Origin: Candidatus Latescibacterota bacterium
GTDB lineage: Bacteria > Latescibacterota > UBA2968 > UBA8231
Length of the DNA: 64,000 bases
Assembly: GCA_965219385.1 (NCBI GenBank)
Contig: CBDCNM010000001.1
Coordinates: 732,631 to 796,630 of the forward strand
Direction of reading: 5' to 3'
Below are positions 56,548-64,000 of this stretch, one piece after another (positions within the stretch are counted from its first letter, which is position 1; the number at the start of each line of letters is the position of its first letter). The notes beneath the pieces were generated by a model. It worked only from the letters and a program-made list of their open reading frames with translations. It was not told where the DNA came from and did no database searches. Made by a program: the position numbers and the translations under genes.

Positions 56548-57030
56548 ATGTCTACTTCCACCGATCAAATGAGTTTCCACTTCGGCGCTGACGATCCTGC
56601 CCGAGAGAACCGGAGGCCCCGGGCACAGGCCCGTTGCCACTATTGCCGCGAGGTGTTCCAGGTGCCCGAGTGGTACCTTGAAGAGGGGGTTGAGCTTCAT
56701 TTTTGTAGCCCTGTGTGCCGCGATGCCTGGACCCGGGAGACGCCGTCTTTCGAGGTGAAGTTGAGCAAGGGGGCCGGCCACCGCGGGGCCAACTGGCAGA
56801 TTCAGGCCCCCAAAGCCCGCCAGCGTGATGGTTTCACCTGCCAGGTCTGTGGCGTGAGCGAAGAGGAACTGGGGAGACAACTGGATGTGCACCACAAGAT
56901 TCCCTATCGCAGTTTCAAGTCCAACGTGGAAGCAAACAAGCTCGAACACCTGATCTCCGTGTGTCCGTCCTGCCATGCCCGCCTGGAAGCCCAACTCCAG
57001 ACTGAACTGCCGCTTTTCCGCAAATCCTAG
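56548..57030 (+). CDS. HNH endonuclease with N-terminal zinc ribbon
   Basis: CHYC...FCSPVC; RDGFTCQVCG...LDVHHKIP...N...L..VCPSCH. Confidence 0.85.
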   Translation: MSTSTDQMSFHFGADDPARENRRPRAQARCHYCREVFQVPEWYLEEGVELHFCSPVCRDAWTRETPSFEVKLSKGAGHRGANWQIQAPKARQRDGFTCQVCGVSEEELGRQLDVHHKIPYRSFKSNVEANKLEHLISVCPSCHARLEAQLQTELPLFRKS

Positions 57031-57126
57031 GACAGGAACCCCCTTTCCTCACAAGACCTTATTTGTTCTGGGCCGCTGCAAGTCCGGGCGGTAAAGGGGG
57101 CCAACCGAACACCTGACACCACAGGT

Positions 57127-57155
57127 TTGACAGGACGATAAGGTAGAGTTATTTT
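57127..57155 (+). promoter_or_regulatory. Candidate sigma70 promoter for lepA
   Basis: TTGACA-17-TATTTT. Confidence 0.5.
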
Positions 57156-57194
57156 TAGATTTATCCTACCCGAATCACTATCTCCGGATGCTAC

Positions 57195-58994
57195 ATGGAC
57201 AGCTCCAAGATCCGCAACTTTTCCATCATTGCCCACATCGATCACGGCAAGTCCACCCTGGCCGATCGGCTGCTCGAAAAGACCCATACCCTGACCTCCA
57301 AGCAGATGCAGGACCAGGTTCTGGACAACATGGACCTGGAGCGGGAGAGAGGCATCACCATCAAGGCCCACGCGGTGCGCATGGACTACCAGGCCGGCAA
57401 GGGAGAGACCTACCAGTTCAATCTCATCGACACTCCCGGACACGTGGATTTTGCCTATGAGGTTTCGCGCAGCCTGGCCGCCTGCGAAGGCGCCCTTCTG
57501 GTGGTAGATGTCACGCAGGGGGTCGAGGCACAGACCGTGAGCAATGTATTGCTGGCGATGAGCAATGATCTGGCCATCGTTCCCGTCCTGAACAAGATTG
57601 ACGCGCCCAATGCTCAGGCGGAAGCCGTGCAGCAGCAGGTCCTCGATCTGCTGGGTGGGGAAAAGGACGAAATTCTCAAAATCAGCGCCAAGCAAGGGGT
57701 GGGTGTCGATGCTCTGGTCGAGGCCATTGTCGAACGCATACCCTCCCCCCAGGGGGACGGGGATGCGCCCCTGCGGGCCTTGATCTTCGATTCGCTCTAC
57801 GATCAGTACCGGGGCGTCATCTGTTTCATCCGAATGGTGGACGGCTCTGTTCGCAAAGGGCAGAAAATTCGTTTCCATTCCACCCGGCGGGTCTACGAAG
57901 TCGAAGAAGTCGGAATCCTGAGGCTCGAGCGCGTCGAGACCCCTGATCTGAAAGCGGGGGAAGTGGGCTACCTGATCGCCGGTATCAAGGGCCTGGCGGA
58001 AGCTCAGGTGGGCGATACCGTCATCGCCGTGGACGATGTCCAGGTGGAACCGCTGCCCGGGTACCAGCCCCTGAAACCCATGGTGTTCAGCGGGATTTAT
58101 CCGGTCAATCCGGATGTGTACGAAGAACTTCGGGACGCACTCGAGCGCCTCAAGCTGAACGATGCGGCCTTTTCCTACGAACCCGAAACCTCGCCGGCCC
58201 TGGGCTTTGGTTTCCGCTGTGGTTTCCTGGGTTTGCTGCACATGGAGATCATCCAGGAACGCCTCGACCGGGAGTACCAGGTCGAAATCATCACCACCTT
58301 GCCCAATGTGCGCTACGAGGTCCTGCTCAAAAACGGCGAGGTGATCGAAGTGGAAAATCCTTCGCGCCTGCCGTCCACTGCCGAAGTCGACGAAATTCGC
58401 GAGCCGATTTTGGCGGTCCAAATCCTGGTGCCCAGCGCCTACATCGGCAATGTCATGCAGATTGCCAACGAAAGGCGCGGCGCCTATCTGAACACCGAAT
58501 ACCTGGACGGCAGGCGGGCTATTTTGCACTACGAAATACCCCTGGCAGAGATCGTCATTGACTTTTACGACCGCATCAAGTCCGCCTCGCGCGGATACGC
58601 TTCTTTTGATTACGAACACAAAAAGATGCGGGCCGGCCCGCTGGCCAAGCTGGATATTCTCATCAACGGCGAAAATCTGGATGCCCTCGCCGTGATCATC
58701 CACCGGAACAAGGCCCCTGTCTGGGGGCGGCAATTGTGCGCCAAGCTCAAAGAGTTGATCCCGCGCCAGATGTTTGAAGTGGTCATCCAGGGGGCCGTGG
58801 GCAGCAAGGTGATCGCGCGAGAAGTCGTGCGGCCCTTCCGCAAAAACGTCATTGCCAAGTGCTATGGAGGCGATGTGACCCGCAAGCGCAAGTTGCTGGA
58901 GCGACAAAAAGAGGGCAAAAAGCGCTTGAAGCAATTCGGCAAAGTGGAAATCCCCCAGGAAGCTTTTCTGGCTGCTCTCAAGATGGACGGCTAA
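57195..58994 (+). CDS. lepA: Elongation factor 4
   Basis: IRNFSIIAHIDHGKSTLADR, GFRCGFLGLLH, KCYGGD.TRK.KLL. Confidence 0.98.
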   Translation: MDSSKIRNFSIIAHIDHGKSTLADRLLEKTHTLTSKQMQDQVLDNMDLERERGITIKAHAVRMDYQAGKGETYQFNLIDTPGHVDFAYEVSRSLAACEGALLVVDVTQGVEAQTVSNVLLAMSNDLAIVPVLNKIDAPNAQAEAVQQQVLDLLGGEKDEILKISAKQGVGVDALVEAIVERIPSPQGDGDAPLRALIFDSLYDQYRGVICFIRMVDGSVRKGQKIRFHSTRRVYEVEEVGILRLERVETPDLKAGEVGYLIAGIKGLAEAQVGDTVIAVDDVQVEPLPGYQPLKPMVFSGIYPVNPDVYEELRDALERLKLNDAAFSYEPETSPALGFGFRCGFLGLLHMEIIQERLDREYQVEIITTLPNVRYEVLLKNGEVIEVENPSRLPSTAEVDEIREPILAVQILVPSAYIGNVMQIANERRGAYLNTEYLDGRRAILHYEIPLAEIVIDFYDRIKSASRGYASFDYEHKKMRAGPLAKLDILINGENLDALAVIIHRNKAPVWGRQLCAKLKELIPRQMFEVVIQGAVGSKVIAREVVRPFRKNVIAKCYGGDVTRKRKLLERQKEGKKRLKQFGKVEIPQEAFLAALKMDG

Positions 58995-59000
58995 GGGCAC

Positions 59001-59708
59001 ATGGGAAAGACGCTCAGCATTGCACCGCAGAGCCGGGCGAAAAAAGCCGGAAAGAAATCCTCTACCTGGCGAGAATACGGCTTTGCTCTGCTCGTGGCAG
59101 TGGGGCTGGCCCTGCTCGCCAAAACCTTCTTTATCCAGGCCTTTCGCACCCCCTCCCGATCGATGGAGGATTCTCTGCTGCTGGGCGACTTTCTGCTGGT
59201 AGACAAGCTTTCCTACGGGGCCTTTTTGCCTTTCAGCACTATGCGCCTTCCCGCCTTGGTCGCCCCCAAACCGGGAGATGTCGTGGTATTCAAATATCCC
59301 CCGGATCCGGAGCGGGTGTACATCAAGCGCTGTATTGCCGTCCCCGGCCAGGTTGTCGAAATTCGCAACAAAGTGGTGTACGTGGACGGCATTCGCGCCC
59401 TGGATCCACCCTATTCAAAGTACGTAGAGGCGCGGATCTTCTCCTCCTCGCAAAACCCGCGGGATAACTACGGTCCTCTGCATTTGCCCGAGGGATTCAT
59501 CTTTGTGATGGGAGACAACAGGGACAACAGCCGCGACAGCCGGCACTGGGGCATGCTCTCCCAGGACCTGGTAATCGGCAAGGCCATGTGCATCTACTGG
59601 TCCTGCGAACCGGAGGCCAGGCCGGCAAAGCCGGGATTGCTGGTCAATCAAATTTTCAGCCTGCCCCAGAGGATCCGCTGGAAACGGCTCGGAGATTGGG
59701 TTCGATGA
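59001..59708 (+). CDS. lepB: Signal peptidase I
   Basis: PS.SM..L..GD, YIKR, MGDNRDNS.DSR.WG. Confidence 0.95.
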   Translation: MGKTLSIAPQSRAKKAGKKSSTWREYGFALLVAVGLALLAKTFFIQAFRTPSRSMEDSLLLGDFLLVDKLSYGAFLPFSTMRLPALVAPKPGDVVVFKYPPDPERVYIKRCIAVPGQVVEIRNKVVYVDGIRALDPPYSKYVEARIFSSSQNPRDNYGPLHLPEGFIFVMGDNRDNSRDSRHWGMLSQDLVIGKAMCIYWSCEPEARPAKPGLLVNQIFSLPQRIRWKRLGDWVR

Positions 59709-60883
59709 GGGGGCTGGGACTCTACATTCACATCCCCTTTTGTCCTCAGCTTTGCCCCTATTGCGCCTTTGCCACCCTGCGAGGGGGAGGGGAGTTCTAC
59801 GAGCGCTATGTGACGGCGGTCTGCAACGAGATACGAGGAGCCCGGCAGCTGGCCCGGGGCGGGATTCTGGACACGGTTTTTCTCGGGGGAGGCACCCCGA
59901 GTATGCTGGCGCCGACCCAGGTGCAGCGAATGCTCGAGGCAGTGGCTACTTGGTTGGGACTGGGGGTGGATGTAGAAATCACCATCGAGGTCAATCCCGG
60001 CACCGCGGACTTTGAAAAATTCAAGGCTTTCAAGGAGATTGGTTGCAACCGGCTCAGCCTAGGCGTGCAATCCTTCACCGAAGAGAGCCTCACGGCACTG
60101 GGCCGGATGCACAGTGCCGCCGAGGCCGAAATGGCCTTTGAAAAAGCCCGCGGTGCTGGTTTCGACAATGTCAGTCTGGATCTGATAGCGGGCATTCCGG
60201 GCGTGCCGCTGGACCACTGGCACTACAGCCTGAACCGGGCCGTGGCCCTGGCTCCCGAGCACCTTTCGGCTTACGCGCTCACCATTGAAAAAGGCACCCT
60301 CTTTGCCGACCGCCTCCGCCAGGGGCGCTTGCCCCTGGTGTCCGAGGAAGAGGATGCCAAAGGCTACGAATGGGCCATGGATTGTTTGGGCAAAGCCGGG
60401 TACGAACACTACGAGGTATCGAATTTTGCCCTTCCAGGTCGGCGCTCGCGCCACAACTGGGGCTACTGGACCGGGGTGGAATATCTGGGGGTGGGCCTGT
60501 CGGCCCACAGTTTTGTGAACGGGTGCAGAAGCTGGAATACCCGGGACTTGCCGGAGTACCTGGAGGCGGTGGAGGGAGGAGGATCGCCGCGGGCGGGCCA
60601 TGAGTACATAGATGATGCCACGGCTCGCCGGGAACAAGTATGGATGGGGCTGCGCACCATTGAGGGGGTAGAACTCGAGCTGGAAGAACAGGTATTGCTC
60701 CAGCAGGAGACCCGTTTTCAGGCCTTGCTGGAGGCCGGATATTTGTATCTGGATGGAAAGCGGCTCTACCCGCACGACAAGGGCTTCCTCCTGGCCGATG
60801 CCCTGGGAGTGGAGTTGATGGATTTACTTGAGGGGAAGGCCGTCGAACATACAGGGACTACACACCGGAAAGAGACGGTATAA
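59705..60883 (+). CDS. hemW: Radical SAM heme chaperone
   Basis: LYIHIPFC..LC.YC.F, GGGTPS, YE.SNFA, HNWGYW; ATGA overlap with lepB. Confidence 0.9.
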   Translation: MRGLGLYIHIPFCPQLCPYCAFATLRGGGEFYERYVTAVCNEIRGARQLARGGILDTVFLGGGTPSMLAPTQVQRMLEAVATWLGLGVDVEITIEVNPGTADFEKFKAFKEIGCNRLSLGVQSFTEESLTALGRMHSAAEAEMAFEKARGAGFDNVSLDLIAGIPGVPLDHWHYSLNRAVALAPEHLSAYALTIEKGTLFADRLRQGRLPLVSEEEDAKGYEWAMDCLGKAGYEHYEVSNFALPGRRSRHNWGYWTGVEYLGVGLSAHSFVNGCRSWNTRDLPEYLEAVEGGGSPRAGHEYIDDATARREQVWMGLRTIEGVELELEEQVLLQQETRFQALLEAGYLYLDGKRLYPHDKGFLLADALGVELMDLLEGKAVEHTGTTHRKETV

Positions 60884-62556
60884 TGAAAGCGAGGAAGCGC
60901 GTTTTGGCCCTTTTGCTGGTGGCCTGGCAGGCGGGGGCTCAGGTGGAAGAGGAAGAAGAAAAAACCCTCGACGTGGCCCAGGACCAACCGCGAGAGGAGG
61001 GGGTGAGAGGACTCGGACAGGTAACGGCCTCTACCATGATCGGCAGGGAGGCCTTCGAAGAGGTGCTGGAGAGCGGCGCTTACCGCGTGGGCCCCCAGGA
61101 CGGTTTCACGATCATGATCGGCATGGAGGGGCCTTTTTTTCAGGAAGTGCTGGCGGAGGGCGGGCTCATGGTGCCGCAGGTGGGGAGGGTACGGGTGGCG
61201 GGAAAATCCCTGAGCCAGGCCCGCAAAGCCGTTAAAGAGGCCTTTCACCGCACCTTTAAGGAGGGCGAAATCACCATCGAACTGAGCCAGCTCAGACAAT
61301 TCCCGGTAAACATCGTGGGCGCCGTCGGCCGGCCTGGGCTCTACGTGGCCAGTGGGGTGGTCAGGGTCAGTGAATTGATCCGTCAGGCCGGGGTTGAAGG
61401 CGCTGCTAGACGCAATGTCCGGATCTTCAAAACCGGCTCGATGCGCCCCGAGGACTGGATGCGGATAGGGGAGCTTTACCGGACGGGAGATATCCGCAGG
61501 GTGGAAGCCTTTTCTCAGCGGGTGGATCTGGAGCTGTACAAGGTTACTGGAGAATCCAGGTTCAATCCCTTTGTCGAAGACGGAGACCTGATCGTCGTGC
61601 CCCCGCGGGAAGGTTCCGTAATACTGGCCGGTGCAGTGCAACGGCCAGGTACCTACGAATTCGTCCAGGGGGATCGCGTCAGCAATATGCTGCTCCTGGC
61701 GCACGGGCCGGCGCCCTTCTACGACGAGACCAGGGGGCAGTTGTTCCGCTTTGCCGAAGATAAAGTCACGATGTTTTCCTCCGAGGTGGATATAAATGGG
61801 GTGTTGCGCAAGGATCCACAGGCCGATTTCCTGCTTCAACAAGGAGACTGGCTGATCTTTCGTTCCATCAAAAACTACCAGGAGAACAGCACGGCCAGCA
61901 TCTCCGGGGAGGTGATGGTCCCCGGCCCCTATGTGGTCAAGAGGAACCAGACCACCCTGCGCCAGCTGGTTGAAATGGCAGGGGGGTTCACCGAGGATGC
62001 CTCCCTGCTAGAGGCCAGGGTCTACCGCTTGCCGGCCGAGACCGAGGCCGCCGATCTCGAAATGACGCGTCTTGCCTCTGTGCCCGTGGCCGAGAGAGAC
62101 GAAGACGAAAACCAGTACTTTAACATGAAGAGCCGCGAAATCCCGGGGTTGATGGTGGCGGATCTCGTGGCCCTGTTCAGGGATGGGGATGAATCGCAGA
62201 ACCTCAAGCTGATTCCGGGCGATCATGTCGTCGTGCCCTTCCAGCACTATACGGTCAAAGTCAGCGGCCAGGCTTCTTTTCCCGGGGCCGTGATCTACAA
62301 CCCGGAATACGGAGTGGAGGACTACATCAATCAGGCCGGAGGGCTCGGCTGGCGGGCTTCTGATGACATACATTTTATCAAGGCGCAAACGGGCGAACGG
62401 AAAAAAGCCAAGGATGTAGAGCACATCGATCCTGGAGACCGGATCTGGATCAAGGAAAAACCTAAGCGGGATTACTGGGATCTCTTTCTCCAGAGTATGC
62501 GGGTGTTGGGAGATACGGCCACCGTCATATTGATCTTTGTGAGTTTGGCGCCCTAA
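60883..62556 (+). CDS. Polysaccharide export protein with SLBB repeats (Wza/KpsD-like)
   Basis: Y.VGP.D, repeated G.V..PG.Y...AGG, C-terminal helix. Confidence 0.85.
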   Translation: MKARKRVLALLLVAWQAGAQVEEEEEKTLDVAQDQPREEGVRGLGQVTASTMIGREAFEEVLESGAYRVGPQDGFTIMIGMEGPFFQEVLAEGGLMVPQVGRVRVAGKSLSQARKAVKEAFHRTFKEGEITIELSQLRQFPVNIVGAVGRPGLYVASGVVRVSELIRQAGVEGAARRNVRIFKTGSMRPEDWMRIGELYRTGDIRRVEAFSQRVDLELYKVTGESRFNPFVEDGDLIVVPPREGSVILAGAVQRPGTYEFVQGDRVSNMLLLAHGPAPFYDETRGQLFRFAEDKVTMFSSEVDINGVLRKDPQADFLLQQGDWLIFRSIKNYQENSTASISGEVMVPGPYVVKRNQTTLRQLVEMAGGFTEDASLLEARVYRLPAETEAADLEMTRLASVPVAERDEDENQYFNMKSREIPGLMVADLVALFRDGDESQNLKLIPGDHVVVPFQHYTVKVSGQASFPGAVIYNPEYGVEDYINQAGGLGWRASDDIHFIKAQTGERKKAKDVEHIDPGDRIWIKEKPKRDYWDLFLQSMRVLGDTATVILIFVSLAP

Positions 62557-62593
62557 GGACCTCAGAAGCCGTCTTAAAGACGAACTGGAAAAC

Positions 62594-63763
62594 ATGGAAC
62601 AAGAACGCAATATACTGGATTATCTGTATGTGGTGGTGAAGTGGCGGCGCTTAATTGTCCTGTCCTGTCTTGCGGTTTCACTGGTCACCGCCGGCCTCAG
62701 TCTGATTTTGCCCAAGGTCTGGACGGCACGCGCCGTCATCATGCCGCCGGAAGAGGAATTCGACCAGTTCAACTTGTCGGCCTTGCAGGCCACGGGTATG
62801 CCGGCCAATCTGGCCAGCCTAGCGGGCGGTGCCACCCCGGCGGACCGACTCAAAAAGATGCTCGAAACCAATCGTCTGCGGGGCGTGATTGTCGATCGTT
62901 TCAAGCTGGTTGATGAGTACGAAGCCCCCCACCGCGAACAGGCGATCGAAATCTTTGCCGAGAACACCACCATTGAATTGGAGCGGGAAGGATCTCTCGT
63001 CGTCGAGGTCACGGCCTCCACGGCGGAATCGGCCGCTGCTATGGCCAATGCCTACATCGGCGAACTGGACTTGTTCAACCGCCATCTCAAAAGCCAGCAG
63101 GCCCGGATGCTGAGAGAGTTTCTCGAGGAGCGCATGGAATTGCGCCGCCGGGAACTCCAGGAAAGCGGGAGGGCTCTACTGCAATTCAAGCAAAAACACG
63201 GGATGGTGGATATGACCGCCCAGATCAAGGCCATATTCGATGTCGCCAAGTACCTGGTGCAAGAACTGGCCGTTCTGGAGGTAAAGCTGGAGGTGATCGA
63301 TTACCAGGTCAATGCCGAGCACGAAAAGCGCCGACAACTGGGGTTGGAAAGGGAAGCATTGCGCAAGCAACTGCAAACCCTGACCGGCGATATGCAAGAG
63401 CAGAATCGCCAGTTGATCCTGGGCCCGCCTTTGCAGGCCATGGCCGAACTGGATTTCGAAAACACCATGCTGATCCTGGATCTTACTTTAAAAAGAGAAA
63501 TTACCCGCTTCCTGGGCACCAAGCTGGAAGAAGCCCGCTACAAAGAGGCCCTCAATACCTCGACTCTGCAGGTTCTGGACGAGGCTACTCTTCCCAAGAG
63601 CCGCAGTGCCCCCCGCCGCACCCTTATGGTGCTGATTGCCACTGGTCTCAGCCTGGTCCTGAGTACGGTGCTGGCTTTTGTTTTCGAATCCTGGAGCCGG
63701 ATAGGCGCGCGGAACCAGGAAAAGGTCCAGTCAATAAAGCAACTGTTGCGCCCCGACCGCTGA
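62594..63763 (+). CDS. Wzz/GumC-like polysaccharide co-polymerase
   Basis: N-terminal TM then P..TA.A.I.P, coiled coil, VLD.A..P..S.P.R then C-terminal TM. Confidence 0.85.
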   Translation: MEQERNILDYLYVVVKWRRLIVLSCLAVSLVTAGLSLILPKVWTARAVIMPPEEEFDQFNLSALQATGMPANLASLAGGATPADRLKKMLETNRLRGVIVDRFKLVDEYEAPHREQAIEIFAENTTIELEREGSLVVEVTASTAESAAAMANAYIGELDLFNRHLKSQQARMLREFLEERMELRRRELQESGRALLQFKQKHGMVDMTAQIKAIFDVAKYLVQELAVLEVKLEVIDYQVNAEHEKRRQLGLEREALRKQLQTLTGDMQEQNRQLILGPPLQAMAELDFENTMLILDLTLKREITRFLGTKLEEARYKEALNTSTLQVLDEATLPKSRSAPRRTLMVLIATGLSLVLSTVLAFVFESWSRIGARNQEKVQSIKQLLRPDR

Positions 63764-63818
63764 GCATCCTTCCGTGTTTTTGTGGATCCGCCGGATTTCC
63801 AGACGGCTTCTTGGGCAG

Positions 63819-63904
63819 TGGTGGGGGGAGCAGGATTCGAACCTGCGAAGGCATGAGCCAATGGATTTACAGTCCATCCCGGTTGACCGCTTCGGTATCC
63901 CCCC
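63819..63904 (-). tRNA. tRNA-Tyr(GTA)
   Basis: 86-nt cloverleaf with long variable arm, GTA anticodon, encoded CCA. Confidence 0.95.
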
Positions 63905-63924
63905 AATTTCTCGGCAAACAGGAT

Positions 63925-63952
63925 AAGTTAACAGTTGATTTTTTCCTGTCAA
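63925..63952 (-). promoter_or_regulatory. sigma70 promoter for tRNA-Tyr
   Basis: TTGACA-16-TAACTT with TG extended -10. Confidence 0.5.
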
Positions 63953-64000
63953 TAGATGGCTCAATCGCGCTTGAGTTGTTATTATGTAGTAAGAAAATCT

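Noticed and set aside
63819..63904. Second island at tRNA-Tyr
   Set aside because: I noticed no duplicated 3' end or integrase; the flanking genes look native.

Overview
GC-rich bacterial chromosome segment from a diderm organism. Gene content (FlgD-Ig/T9SS-like C-terminal domains, W-G-x-I-K tails, dockerin plus cohesin, ASPIC/UnbV proteins) suggests the FCB group, probably Latescibacterota-like; this taxonomy is inference only. 1-7.4 kb: TPR protein, two FG-GAP/ASPIC-UnbV lipoproteins and a TMTC-like GT-C membrane protein. 7.7-23.7 kb is the most unusual part: a co-oriented envelope locus with a secreted WGxIK-tailed protein, an internal terminator, four paralogous jelly-roll proteins with a shared C-terminal sorting-like domain (two are a ~99% identical tandem pair whose differences are mostly non-synonymous), a ~900-aa putative outer-membrane barrel, a double-parvulin chaperone and an OPT-like membrane protein. 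Then come a low-GC MFS/spermidine-synthase fusion, catabolic genes and a five-times frameshifted MATE gene. A ~4.1 kb decayed island sits at the 3' end of tRNA-fMet inside the phoH-HD-ybeY-corC-lnt operon; it carries a hidden, broken matrixin-dockerin-cohesin gene. The rest is LysM/lipoprotein, aspS, a cysM-mec-cysO-cysK sulfur-carrier cluster, rpsT, an HNH gene, lepA-lepB-hemW, polysaccharide export genes and tRNA-Tyr. All family calls come from motif recognition by eye; no database search was run.
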